From assembly GCF_947503875.1 (NCBI RefSeq), contig NZ_CANNFH010000009.1:654-64653 (forward strand): 64,000 nucleotides of DNA. The letters run 5' to 3'. Made by a program: the position numbers and the translations under genes. The notes beneath the pieces are model-generated. The model was given only the letters and a program-made list of their open reading frames with translations. It was not told the DNA's origin and did no database searches. The first letter of the stretch is position 1; every line of letters begins with the position of its first letter. Origin of the DNA: an uncultured Polaribacter sp. (GTDB taxonomy: Bacteria; Bacteroidota; Bacteroidia; Flavobacteriales; Flavobacteriaceae). Positions 31,401-38,132 of this stretch are shown here, in pieces.

Positions 31401-33587
31401 TGTTGAGGTGTTGGTGGTATCTAAAATCCAACTTCCCTGGTTTCCTGTGGTAGAAGACTCCCAGCCAATTACAACACCTGCTTGGCCAGTTAAAGAAATA
31501 TCGGTTGCTGTATTTGCACAAATTTCTGAATCTGAAACAGCCAAGGTACCACTTGCTCCGGGTATATTAGTTGTTACTGCAATTACATCAGAAGAAAATT
31601 CACCACAAATACCAACAGTCGAAGAACTAAGAATTGCTCTAAACTCTACAGTATTATTTATTACGGCTGTTGTATAAGTGTTTGCACCAGAAACCACCAT
31701 ATCATTATACGTATCCCAAGAATCCCCACTATTTGTTCTAGATTCCCATCGTATTAAAGAACCTTGTGTGATAGAAAAATCGATATCTATGGAACTTCCT
31801 TGACAGATTGGACTAGAAAAGCCCGCAGCCATTACAGGCGAAGAAAATACGGGTTCTTTTTCTACAATAATATTTTCAATTGATGTAAAAATTGTTTCGC
31901 AAGTACCGTTTTCTAACAACACTCTAAAATCAGTAGACTCTAGCAATAAACCAGAGGTATAAGTATCTGTTGTGTTTGAAATTGAAGTCCAAACACTACT
32001 ACTAACTTTTTTAGATTGCCATTCTACAATAGTGCCCGAAAAACGCTCTAATTTTAAACTTACGTTAGTATCTTCACAAACAATGCTTGATGGAGAAGTA
32101 ACTATTAAATTACCCGTATCAATTGGGCTTGCTATGGTTACTAGAGTCGCAGCAGAGGCAACCTCTGTACAAGTTTCATTTTTAACCATTGCTCTAAAAG
32201 AGGTATTTCTATCTAAAGGTAATGTAGTATAGTTATTACTGGCAGAACCAGAAATACCTACCCAATTCACACCATTATCAGTAGAATATTGCCAATACGA
32301 AACGGTTCCGTTAGAGCCTGTTAATTCTAATTCTGTAGTCGCATTTTCACAAATAGTTCTACCACCAATTGCAGTACCCGGAACAACTGTTTCATTTACA
32401 ACAATCTCTATTGCATTTGAAGTCGCTTCTGTACAAGTATCACTTTGTACAATAGCTCTATATTTTGTAGTAGTTACAGGGCTTACCGTTAAAGGTTCTG
32501 TGGAGGTTGTAAGTGTATTCTTAGTGAGAAAATTGTCTGTAGAACTTTCCCATCTTAAGACATTTCCGATTGAATTAGACAACGAAATTGTTGTGTTATC
32601 TCCTTCACAAATAGTTGATGCTGTTGCATTAATTGCACCTGGATTACTAGCAGGATTTACTGTTATTGTAAAATCAAAAGGCTCCCCTTGACACCCTTTA
32701 TAGGTGGGTACTACTGTTACAGTTGTTGTTTTCTTATTTGCAGTATTATTTATAGCTTTAAAAGCAGGAATTGGAGAACCAGAACCAGAGAAAGCTAAAT
32801 TACCTATATCCTCATTAGTTCTAGACCAAGTATACGAAACCCCTGTGCCACTTGTAGGTGAACTTGCTGTTAACACGATGTCTGAAATAAAGGTGTCATT
32901 ACAAACTTCGATATCTGATATAGCATTTAAAACTGGCTTCGGATTTACTGTTATTGCAAAAGAAACTAGTGCTCCTTCACAGCCATTAACTATCGGTGTT
33001 ACAGTAACAGTAGATTTTATTGGTTCTAAAGTAGTATTTATTGCTGTAAAAGTTGGTATCTCAGAAACATCTGAATTCGATGTTGCCAGACCAATATCTG
33101 TGTTACTATTCGTGTAGCTAAACGTTAAAGTACCTAATGATGGTGTTACAGAAGATAACGAACCGAATAAAGAAATAGCGTTAAAAGTATCGCCAGCACA
33201 AATATCTACATCGTTCAAAACGGTTGTTACATTGGGTGGAATGTAGCTAAACTGAGTTCTAATTTGCGTACCATCTACACTAAAAAAACCAGAAGTAGCA
33301 TTGCAAGGCACCTCTACTTCTATTTCATTTACACTCTTAAACGTAACTGCAGTAGCTGGAATAGCAACACCTCCCAAAGTAACTTTATCTCTATCTGTAT
33401 CTAAAAAACTACCTGAAGAACTTGTTAGCTTTACAATAGTACCAGAAGTACCAGTTATTGGATTAATGGAGTTAAAAGAAGGTGTATTTATTTTATTTAA
33501 AAAACCTGCATTTGCAGTAACTGTTGACAATAATAATACAAACAAAAAGGTGTACCTTTTTATTTGTGCTGGGGGGAATTTTAACAC
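16470..33587 (-). CDS. Giant (5705 aa) SprB-like surface adhesin with T9SS type B (gliding motility-associated) CTD
   Basis: Signal peptide, IPT/TIG-like start, dozens of ~95-aa W..G.G.F....P.YTP...D...G.V.LTL repeats, PKD-like units, and C-terminal FPTAFSPNNDNINDLF..YIYD..G..VYE..WNG. Confidence 0.9.
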   Translation of the reverse strand: MLKFPPAQIKRYTFLFVLLLSTVTANAGFLNKINTPSFNSINPITGTSGTIVKLTSSSGSFLDTDRDKVTLGGVAIPATAVTFKSVNEIEVEVPCNATSGFFSVDGTQIRTQFSYIPPNVTTVLNDVDICAGDTFNAISLFGSLSSVTPSLGTLTFSYTNSNTDIGLATSNSDVSEIPTFTAINTTLEPIKSTVTVTPIVNGCEGALVSFAITVNPKPVLNAISDIEVCNDTFISDIVLTASSPTSGTGVSYTWSRTNEDIGNLAFSGSGSPIPAFKAINNTANKKTTTVTVVPTYKGCQGEPFDFTITVNPASNPGAINATASTICEGDNTTISLSNSIGNVLRWESSTDNFLTKNTLTTSTEPLTVSPVTTTKYRAIVQSDTCTEATSNAIEIVVNETVVPGTAIGGRTICENATTELELTGSNGTVSYWQYSTDNGVNWVGISGSASNNYTTLPLDRNTSFRAMVKNETCTEVASAATLVTIASPIDTGNLIVTSPSSIVCEDTNVSLKLERFSGTIVEWQSKKVSSSVWTSISNTTDTYTSGLLLESTDFRVLLENGTCETIFTSIENIIVEKEPVFSSPVMAAGFSSPICQGSSIDIDFSITQGSLIRWESRTNSGDSWDTYNDMVVSGANTYTTAVINNTVEFRAILSSSTVGICGEFSSDVIAVTTNIPGASGTLAVSDSEICANTATDISLTGQAGVVIGWESSTTGNQGSWILDTTNTSTTYNTGILTQNTFYRAVSSNGVCSQIRSSEIEIKVNPVPNVPLISDQEVCFGNTVTFGEVTPIPGYNYEWSSLSGGILTETSSAITRTITASEEYTLKVTNTAGCIVEQTFEVTMQPLPTAAVAAAATICEGQEINIGAASKTGSTYSWVASPAYAWNAPTVSSTSENPKVSPLQTTTFTLTETITATGCTKSNSVTITVDETPIVSLNRGTTIDMCDADMSTNLEATITGNYSSTRWEAVPASSGEVNILSPTEITFTPSTSAITSGEAIVRLFVTDTCGDEIPFLETTINIARKSTANAGTDISGCGTDPITLDGSNSTFATSYSWSKPSDISGALTLANTPNPVFTPSISDALIANTLYPLGIPFILTTSSANCDSSTSTVMVTIVPSPIVNAGTSSTVICENEPYVPSGATKDVNTVSVAWSTSGDGTFIDANSLTPTYTPGINDKDLGLVTLTLTGTGNSPCATSFSETILSIEKNPTIDEIADATVCAGLTTPLNLAANIQNPGTILWSTSNGGGSFNGTQNSATPIYTPVETDFNTGITFTVTVNPISPCGTPATETFIYKINAAPIVDAGGNTTICESQPTVTLNGTASNVNSVTWTSTGAGSFDNPNDEDPIYTFSPSDIDNGSVTFTITGSQTSCDPENDTVTINIQKKPVVTAGLAQTICQGESITLNGTSSNASGVSWTRTGGSGTFTNENTLNPTYTSSASETGTITFTIVGQPEGPCTGNSTAVSTTVTIIPNPTADAGVDATICEGEDFEITTATATNISGNVIWSAGSGGGSFTGGNTLRPTYTPSVTDISRGYAKLTLTALKDSPCTVDAVSEMRLDINKIPSITVINPSVAVCSETAPFEIPDVSAIDFDTLKWTSSGSGTFTDTTPDNTTTANFYTPSAADVASGSVVLTLKAARIPSNCNSSTTNSITLDFVEKPIVEAGNDATICGNTTYTTTSATAGNFSQATWLSSGTGTFSNQNDVSNATYTPSVTDIANGSVTLTLALTGLAPCLDVVSDTMELSFEPIPVITTVGTDAICNTSTNYSVSGTSILNDYMPVSLANWTTSGTGTFTATTDPLNPKYTPSAADLTQPNIILTLTIDPVSPCITPQTETIVLDVIPAPIADAGVNLSECDVPFTITTATAIANTYSSLQWVSSSGGTFVGGINNTINPTYIPSVTDIATGTVDLTLTAFPINPCSVASVSTITVNIQASPEITVTNQAPICEDAENITVTGTNIVNASNLLYTSSTGTIINNETTLTPTVTPSATDIANGEIILTVIATPLGNCTSVSETISIPVVKNPIVNAGASKTFCEGESITTFDATASNVAAGNLQWTSNDPDGIFLTSPKGLITTYIPGDREIANGTVQLTLTGTATSPCAENTTDTVVYTLLKKPVLTVSPTVVSICEDENYQVPEDQVNITNFNNVESIVWSASSPGTIATGSTLDLTPTFTPSAADIANGFSELTISATPIGACATAIVSEKIRVNIGKNPTIDVSQNTLVFCEGEDKQLQALFANADPSTYNWEIISGTGSISSTTINTPIYTPALDSDIVVIRVSVTGNAPCANTVSQEFTLNKIAIPQVSLPENTTTVCSTENTINLTALVTNISASTTYLWSSSTNTAAFGNASALTTSYTFSAADKVAGSVTLTLTAQSDEDCMLTDSDAIVVTINQAPAVNITNLATEICEGDVYNATATASNASSYLWEKVGVSDGTFISGENTTDAKYIPGPNDILNETFTLKFTATGDATCAAVSEETTVAIVSQPTVTFDVDNGTNCATEPFVISGVNASNYSTLSWSSLSTAPGTFSNVGIENPIYTPSATEIAANSPITLRLTLQPKTACNGVVSIFKDFTLNLLPTQTVNAGLDMAICEGDVVNLNGATTNNVSQFWTSSSSSTPFATTNLASYTPSQLDISNGNVTLTLHAISNSNCAEVTDTVVVQIAKQPEADAGATVTICEDESYTLLAGEATVNNAASVLWTLSGPGEITLGTETTLTPEFIPEPGQTGNVTLTLTANAAPACASLSDVIATKTIRITPKPKVTIPSNRSICEGDNLQLLDADINASDFTTLKWVSSNGLGSFVTQTNGNTTYTPANNQTGVVTLSLVAIPLDTACSSVKKDLILTIHPNAQVFAGTDVSICEDETVVIQDADINYGNGVFNWSIAGPASITSGTENTLTPEIVPNVGASGLVTLTLEAAGSSECPSSKSDSVTISINALPIVSAGAPQEICEGETEVQLNGTVSNATSFNWSHSGDGTLVATANPLKPKYVPAATDFINSFGISTVNIFLEAFGNNTCGNTTATTTITLQAKPKAYAGVDMVACVGDVISLDAATASNFNTLLWETSGNGIFDYTTAGGQIKPTYKLGTDDTTEVTLTMIATPNGVCTANTTDEIVISINQLPTITATTDELTFCGNTFTLPSIVSVANSTSYNWTNTTAVANKSIVVNPNSLTPTISPTAEEVANGFISLTVTAQPKTACVGVVTKTIKVNLTPVFTVDAGNPKTICATDNPIVLNFGATTSSSTGDYYWTSNGAGTILSSSLNTLQPQYQPGPNETGTIEFTLHANNVAPCSGEITDTVNLVIDPLTTVDAGLDIAVCEGSSINITNAKATNYTSLQWIASSDILGNTISDGSFSPASATVLNATYSPSTADIARGFVYLTLQSTNTCGTVSDYLRVNISEGAGVFAGNNATTCTGDSYEITDASATNTSSVVWASAQNANGTSLASYVAGSFSDINATNPVYTPSASDLNQGYVYLILTGNGESSCSIDNSFMRLDFVKTPSLVAQDVAICVDTPSVTLNTTALDYDTITWSVFSGSGTISAGANSETPVFTANISSTITTPQTTILKAVLTPKNGCDTADTVVEEVVITTQPLPTVNAGDDGFVCYTPGQPIGLFTINNTSFENASSVEWSTSGNGVFSSGFPTTYQSLTNTCSETVQLTLTATGMGACGTKTVSDVVNLTINCAAPNLGVITSSSTQNVCQGTTVTYQVPANSLVTDYQWSVPSGATIQSQSGNTITVEYSENAVSGIVSVAAKNSCGVGELSTLPITIAPIPKVTTISGPSVICESLQDYMFTAGVIADATSYIWTLTDGSTITTLDNILTIVGSTTLPSGNLSVKGVNSCGAGIDSLAFFVEVVSKPTLTSTISNSAICSGETFNYQPTSVAGASFSWTRSQQSGIEGTALGNGAVQDVLINTTSSVKTVTYQIEIITTTGCSNIELITVPVNPAAQLTNAPIDSEICSGSVFSFTPASDISGTISWSRAAIFGIQEPTTSGSGTIFENLTNTTANVITVNYELTLPTTTEGCNNTEVISVEVLPTPAVATAISGALNVCIPSADNTYTVAAIPNAITYDWRLSDGTIRNTNSNSISLDFTTLTTSETLEVRGVSSCGNGTFSAPFTITGINLPTITNTPSATSICSNELFSFTPTSATANSFIWERQFVNGIATPVSSGSGSINEILVNETNTPITVTYVYTITSPESCKNTVSINIIVKPIPQIINTPTTSICSGSTFNFVPEISTSGTETTAVNWSRVASFGIIGSSDTGVGAISETLENTTNAVIPVTYNLTLKNDTSGCQITETIVVDVYPLATADIESSVNTCLNGADSFVNFKAENGIAPYTFTYTVNGGSEKTITTNGTSSSVQLSLFSNALGAYTYRLLSVKDSGPNTCVNTFATPKEISIDIFAKPVLNITNPATICASETVNLTDPVYTAGSDINLNYTYWEDVNATVPFLLASTASEGIYYIKATNANNCFTIKPIEVKENPLPLVQIENNESEIFVCEGSELVLNASGAQNYQWYTKDSTGTTSILSTGDVYTYTPAVTQIIYLQGTDANGCTNTAQVAVVLKPAIKASIEGVNDYEVCLNTENVSITFKASNGTAPYTFTYLVNNNVKEVTTLPDNNSVAITISTDIAGVFNLELIDVKDSSLANCNNPILQTPKKATVTVFDSEILPVANTEVFQSVCVNEPINPIYFSAVSPILSAYVEGLPSGVTSSFAGNTLTISGTPTVAGTFNYTVSSSVLNGACNSTYAGVITVNSGGSITPLVDTEINQSICSCATIEPILFELSADTFGANVTGLPSGVTWEIENNIVLISGSSCATAGDYNYTVTVQGNCSSSTTSGLISITDPNSIFLINGNQDEEVCNNSILAPIEYQANPGQTLKLIGVLPQGVTFVADTATGTAKITGTPERSGTFSYTITSDSECSDFLEGTIEVIADPFISLMSGSINQESCIENQIEDIRYKISENNTNISFTPSLPAGISYSENNGQLVISGAATEKSISTIYTIGISNNCGVTVTTDFKLEILEKPSIVLDSNFGATTQSVCQNAEINPIQFTVMPIGTTIDLALLPSFITATEIDPSIGLWELTGAPKNTGIFSFNVATINNSNCSDSLPIVIENLYAALDVTLESGTENQILCNFNLPIEDLVYKITGAITDINSINVVGLPNGVSYTKTITATGVLLTISGTATETGVFNYDITFDTCGAIESGSLRISSIIAMNSTVNQISCTDELGSIEINIYGGLPFIDDNGGVFYNIEWTGPNGFRQNQTEINGLVPGDYTVNITDALGCVLATPETFTITPAVPININLLNTTLANGCNGELGCANLEYSGGTGIYTDFLLEISNPQTQEWNVKIPDNNNYFNMCGLDVGVYRISVTDSKSCTTEPFIFTIENDNQFTIEQVVVEQSLCDGNTGLILVDVNSADTNLTFTLNGIALPANALGNNLYELEVSNVADTNATLEISNSSGCKISEEIIFTTLAPDFEFTSFEFENFGFFEVNSSIEFTNLSFIDTSIYDPNVYSYIQWDFDDNTPFKTFYYPENIASNKDGENLKTVFHTYQNDGIYNVKLTLFNASGCETTITKTIFIGKGSTVMFPTAFSPNNDNINDLFRPKHLGFSEITMYIYDSMGNMVYEFTSADALSLESDDTWGWNGIAPLNEQPKTGNYRCYFRGKTIDNKVVEKNIRFLLIK

Positions 33588-34320
33588 AATTTTTAATTTA
33601 AAAAATGAATATTATGCAATATTGGCTCAAATATATATATAATATGTTAAAGTTTAATAACCTATTTTTCTTTTTAAATATTTTTTTTTGGAAAAAGTAG
33701 GCTACTTAATTTACTAATTTGAATGCACCAAACATTAAACATTTTTAAGAAATTACACCTTTAAAACCATTCGCTTTGGCTATCAACACTTTTAGAACTA
33801 AAGAGATAGCATTCTTACAATTATTGTTGCTACTCAAAAAACATATCTAAGATACCTTTTTAAAAAACTATAAGGAACTTCTATAAAGGACAAATTAATA
33901 TTTAAAACCACTAAAAGATGATCCCTTTCCGAAAGGAATTATTATAAATCGTAAAAAAACTTACATCGAAAAGAAATTTTAGTTAGAAAGTGAGTGTAAA
34001 ATAAAGCATATGTATTTATAGAATTTAACAAACTAAAAAAGTTAATGAAGAAGATAAAACTTTATCATGTAAACATAAAGTTTGCCATTCAAAAGGTGTT
34101 TCTAGGAATGCTTTTTAAAGAAAACAAAATCGCCAAATAAAAAAAGCAGTTGCAGATTTAATAGCTTTTTATGATAAAGTAGTAAAAAACACAAAACTTC
34201 TCCTTGAAATTAGAACAAAGGGAAACTATAAATTAATTTCTCTCTAATGTTAAGCGCACAAAGGGAATTGTTAAAAACAAAAAACGGAAAATCAATTCAA
34301 ATGAATCAATTCTCCGTTAG

Positions 34321-34343
34321 AGTGAGCCCTGCAGTTGAATCTT
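34321..34343 (-). repeat. Degenerate copy of the tRNA-Arg 3' end (old att scar)
   Basis: agtgagccctg is identical to the first 11 nt of the att repeat, followed by cagttgaatcttc versus aaggattcgaaccttc. Confidence 0.5.
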
Positions 34344-34407
34344 CAAACTTTTTAAACGACCTAAATCGTATTTTATCTTTCAAATTTTGACTAGTTAAAT
34401 TTGGTAC

Positions 34408-34444
34408 AAAAAAAAATCCCAAGAATAAAAAATTATTCTTGGGA
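34408..34444 (-). terminator. Terminator downstream of the displaced tRNA copy
   Basis: tcccaagaata-aaaaat-tattcttggga perfect 11-bp stem with an adjacent A-run. Confidence 0.75.
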
Positions 34445-34450
34445 ATAAAT

Positions 34451-34519
34451 AGTGAGCCCTGAAGGATTCGAACCTTCGACCGCCTCCTTAGAAGGGAGGT
34501 GCTCTATCCAGCTGAGCTA
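34451..34519 (-). repeat. att direct repeat (displaced 3' portion of tRNA-Arg, lacking the 5' acceptor strand)
   Basis: 69 bp identical to 52708-52776. Confidence 0.97.
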
Positions 34520-34554
34520 CTAATTACCAGTCACTTAACCATTAATTAATATTT

Positions 34555-34578
34555 AATGTGTCAAAAGTGTGCCAAATG
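34555..34578 (+). repeat. Candidate integrase arm-type sites (left)
   Basis: aatgtgtc-aaaagtgtgcc-aaatg matches the AAATGTGTGTC tandem at 52539-52574. Confidence 0.55.
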
Positions 34579-35637
34579 AAAGTAATTTATCCAAGAGTAA
34601 AGATTAATTCTTCAAGTAGAGTTTACGTAGTATTTTATCAAAACAACAAACGCTATAGATTGTTTAATGGTTCTAAGATTAATTCTGAAATCTACCCTAA
34701 CTCCTATCCTATTTCTAAACGAATTGAAATGGGGAACCTTTTAGCATCAGAAGTATATAAATTTTTGATAAGTGGTTTAACTCTAGAACAGATTAAAGTA
34801 TCCAATCTTATAAAGTCTAATATGACAGATAAGGATTACTTAACAGTAGCGTTAGAAAACAAACTAAAAGAAAACTATACCAAAAAATATAAAGAAATGT
34901 TACAGTTTATTTTTAACAGACTTATTGATGAACTGAATGACTCCCCTATTCAACCTCTGCATATAGAGACAGTATTAAATAAATACAATTCAGAAAGTTC
35001 CTACAACACCTATAGATTGAGGTTATGCTCATTGATAAATGAAGCAAGAAAAATAGGTATGACTTCCAATCCAATGCAAAGAATAAAGTCAAAAAGAACA
35101 AAAGCTCAAATGCACAAACCCTTTAAAAATGTCAATGTAATACTTGAAGCTATTAAAGCATATAATAAACATCTATACCTATGCTGTTTAATGACCTATG
35201 GATGCCTTTTAAGGCCTCATAGAGAAATAAGAGAACTTACTTGGTCAGACTTTTCAGATGACCTCAAATACATTCATTTGTCTGGTAGTAGAAATAAATC
35301 TGGTAGGAATAGAATTGTTCCTGTACCAAAGTATGTTAGAGATATTCTTGTAAAAGGAGAACGGCATCATAATATCTTTTCAGGTAAACCCAAACCTTTA
35401 AATAAAGACTATTTTAAAACCCTTTGGAGCCGTTTTAAGAGACAATCAAACATACTTGAACAAGGACAAACCCTATACTCTTTTAGGCACTCAGGAGCTA
35501 TAGAGATCTTTAAAAGAACTGGTTCTATAACCAAGCTACAGAAAGCTATGGGACATTCTTCTATAAATGTTAGTTTAACCTACTTGAGGGGTCTAGAAAT
35601 AGCTGAATTGAAGGAGGAGGATATGCCTATTTTTTAA
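34576..35637 (+). CDS. Tyrosine recombinase / site-specific integrase
   Basis: LLRPHREI (R), NKSG (K), YSFRH, MGH and LTY catalytic pattern. The start is either ATG 34576 or GTG 34558. Confidence 0.93.
   Translation: MKVIYPRVKINSSSRVYVVFYQNNKRYRLFNGSKINSEIYPNSYPISKRIEMGNLLASEVYKFLISGLTLEQIKVSNLIKSNMTDKDYLTVALENKLKENYTKKYKEMLQFIFNRLIDELNDSPIQPLHIETVLNKYNSESSYNTYRLRLCSLINEARKIGMTSNPMQRIKSKRTKAQMHKPFKNVNVILEAIKAYNKHLYLCCLMTYGCLLRPHREIRELTWSDFSDDLKYIHLSGSRNKSGRNRIVPVPKYVRDILVKGERHHNIFSGKPKPLNKDYFKTLWSRFKRQSNILEQGQTLYSFRHSGAIEIFKRTGSITKLQKAMGHSSINVSLTYLRGLEIAELKEEDMPIF
35563..35637 (+). repeat. Integrase 3' tail, copy 1 (20-bp core 35563-35582)
   Basis: 63/75 nt identical to 38133-38207. Confidence 0.95.
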
Positions 35638-35690
35638 TGAAAAAATTATGTAAACTATTGAAGGAGTAATAGTATGAAATTTAATTTTAC

Positions 35691-37640
35691 TTAATTTTTA
35701 ATACATCTTATACAAACACCTTTATCACCATATGAAAATTCTTTTAGAGAATATTTAGGATTACTTTTTTCAAATGCTACTTTATAATTTGAAAGCCATA
35801 AAGAGGTACTTTGACCAAAATTATACCAAACACCGTCAGCACTAATAGCTCCATATAACTTTAAATTAAAGCCATTTGGTACTCCTTCTAATTGCCATTC
35901 GTAAATACTAGACATTAAATTTCTTACTGGAGCATCCGCATAATCTAAATTACTAATTAGTATTTCCCAATCGTTTAATGTTGGAATCCTCCAACCTTGT
36001 GGGCAAATATTATAGTTAGCATTAACAACAGTACTATTATAGTAAACCCCACCTTCTATGCTAGAATATAAACTATTATTTACATTATCATTTGAATACC
36101 AAAATTGACTTGAAGTTGATTGTGTTAAATTTGTACCATCATTAAAGCGAGTTACTTTTAAATTTTCTGCCATCCATACTTGATTCCCTAGAGTTACTGT
36201 ATTATAAGTATTTTGATCAATATCAGTAACACTTCCATAATTAAAAGGTGTTGTAAATTGAAGATTATCAGTATGTATGCCATATGCAATAATCCCTTCT
36301 TCATTTTTTGCAAATGCTCTGTAAAAATAATTAACATTTGGTGATAATTGACTGAAATTTGCATTAAACTCACCAGTCCCTGTCCCACTTGTAACTATCT
36401 GTCTTGGAAGATTACTAGCAAGATTTAAACCCTGATAATATTCGCTAACAATAACACCTCTTTCAATAATAGCAAGACTTCCATCATTATTAACACTGTT
36501 ACCAATTATTTCTACGCCATTAAAAGTCAAATTTGTATGCTGACCATTTGTAACAGTGAGATCATCTGTTAATGTTTCAAAGGAAATAATTTCACCATAT
36601 GCTACCCCTACGCTATTTTCTGCAAAAGCTCTAACATAATAAATTGTTCCCGGAGTTAAATTTTCTATTGATAGTACACCATCTCCTTCAATAATATTAT
36701 TATTACCATTTACAGAAAGTAACTGTTGGTTTCTACTATAAATAATACCAGATCTAACAATATCTGATCCTAAATTTGTAATTTCTAAACCTGAATTTAC
36801 AGAATAATAAGATATTTCTAAAACTGGTTTTGTTATTACTGTTGGTAATACATCACTTGTTGTGAAATTAAATGTATTTCCATAAAAAGATCCAAAACTA
36901 TTGGTTGCGTATGCTCTATAAAAGTAATTAGTTAAAGGTGTTAAATCTGAAATACTACTAGTAAAACTTGAAGCTCCTGGCCCCTCATTTGTTTTAGTAA
37001 TTAAATCTACACTAGGATTGGGGTCTTCACTCCAAACAACACCTTTAGCCGTTATACTTGCACCACCATCTGAACCAATATCACCTCCAGAAATTCCACC
37101 ATCACTATTAATTTGGTAAATCTCAACTGTTGTAATTTCTATTTGATTAACGTTACTATTATTACTTGTAACAGACCAATTTACCCCATCCCAAACTAAA
37201 ATATCTCCAGCATTAATACCATCAGGAATACTAGCTGATGTATTACCACTATTTGCAGCATACAAAGCGTATGGAACACTTAAAAGTTGTGTGGTTCCCA
37301 TAGCAACATAACCATTTCCGGTATCTAATTCAATACCTAAATAATAACTCCCCAATGACCAGTCTAATTCTGAAAATACTCCATTATTGGCAGTCCCTTG
37401 TCCAATCACAAGGTTAACCTGCCCTAAATCATCTGTTGGCACGTAGTGCGTTTCTGTGTATATTGGCACTGCTGTTTGAGAGCCCTGAATGATGTTAAAC
37501 TTAAAATAAACATTAGTATTTACAACTAAATCACCTGAACTATTTCTTACTGTGGCTTGGTAATTAAACCCCTGTGGAGCTTGGGCATTTAGGCTAAGTC
37601 CTAAAAAAAGAACTATTATAATGAATAGATAGTTTTTCAT
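35691..37640 (-). CDS. Secreted FISUMP (Fibrobacter succinogenes major paralogous) domain protein with FN3-like repeats
   Basis: Signal peptide, QAPQGFNYQATVR..LLSVPYALYA N-domain, three RAYA/RAFA FN3-like repeats, and YNTVTLGNQVWMAENLK..CPQGWRIPT..W..RCIKN. Confidence 0.88.
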   Translation of the reverse strand: MKNYLFIIIVLFLGLSLNAQAPQGFNYQATVRNSSGDLVVNTNVYFKFNIIQGSQTAVPIYTETHYVPTDDLGQVNLVIGQGTANNGVFSELDWSLGSYYLGIELDTGNGYVAMGTTQLLSVPYALYAANSGNTSASIPDGINAGDILVWDGVNWSVTSNNSNVNQIEITTVEIYQINSDGGISGGDIGSDGGASITAKGVVWSEDPNPSVDLITKTNEGPGASSFTSSISDLTPLTNYFYRAYATNSFGSFYGNTFNFTTSDVLPTVITKPVLEISYYSVNSGLEITNLGSDIVRSGIIYSRNQQLLSVNGNNNIIEGDGVLSIENLTPGTIYYVRAFAENSVGVAYGEIISFETLTDDLTVTNGQHTNLTFNGVEIIGNSVNNDGSLAIIERGVIVSEYYQGLNLASNLPRQIVTSGTGTGEFNANFSQLSPNVNYFYRAFAKNEEGIIAYGIHTDNLQFTTPFNYGSVTDIDQNTYNTVTLGNQVWMAENLKVTRFNDGTNLTQSTSSQFWYSNDNVNNSLYSSIEGGVYYNSTVVNANYNICPQGWRIPTLNDWEILISNLDYADAPVRNLMSSIYEWQLEGVPNGFNLKLYGAISADGVWYNFGQSTSLWLSNYKVAFEKSNPKYSLKEFSYGDKGVCIRCIKN

Positions 37641-38113
37641 TGCTTAATAATTTTATAGGTATTAGTTTGTTTATCTTCTGTTGTTACGTTTACAAGGTAA
37701 ATACCTTTTGAATAATTTTCTATATTAATAGGTTCTCCTTTCACCACCTCTTTTTGTAGTAATACTTTTCCTGTTAAATCAGAGATAAATACTTTAAAAT
37801 AATTACTACTAGGGTGGGATATGAAAATTAATTCTTTAATTGGGTTTGGATAAACCTTTACTAAAAGATTTGTTGTTGGAGTTTTTATACTTAAAACGTT
37901 AAGATTAAAAGAGGGATAGTAACCATTACCTAATTGAAAACTACCGTCTTCAGAAGTCATACCTCCAACCACAATCTCCCCAGCAGTATAACTCAACTTT
38001 ATGTTACTATTTGAAAGAGACCCTCCTAGTGGTGCTAAAACCTGCTTGGAAATAGACTGAGCAGATATTTCAAAAGAAGCAAGGATTAAAAATAAGTAGA
38101 GTATATTCTTCAC
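37637..38113 (-). CDS. Small T9SS type A sorting domain protein
   Basis: Signal peptide; VYPNPIKE...GIYLVNV...YKIIKQ CTD; 4-nt overlap with the FISUMP gene; GTG start. Confidence 0.85.
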   Translation of the reverse strand: MKNILYLFLILASFEISAQSISKQVLAPLGGSLSNSNIKLSYTAGEIVVGGMTSEDGSFQLGNGYYPSFNLNVLSIKTPTTNLLVKVYPNPIKELIFISHPSSNYFKVFISDLTGKVLLQKEVVKGEPINIENYSKGIYLVNVTTEDKQTNTYKIIKQ

Positions 38114-38124
38114 AAGATTTTTTT

Positions 38125-38132
38125 CAAATATA
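38125..38132 (-). promoter_or_regulatory. -7 promoter element TATATTTG of the cassette genes, abutting the 20-bp core
   Basis: Matches TAnnTTTG 12 bp before the GTG. The same tttcaaatataat context occurs upstream of the 38197-38595 gene. Confidence 0.6.

Noticed and set aside
16600-33642. The many 60-144 aa + strand ORFs in the track
   Set aside because: They are antisense shadows of the giant adhesin gene, with no motifs. The same applies to shadow ORFs over PIG-L, DUF853, ffh, thiolase, gyrA, clpC and the restriction genes.
34451-34519. A second functional tRNA-Arg
   Set aside because: It lacks the 5' acceptor strand (GGGCTCT), so it is the displaced att copy.
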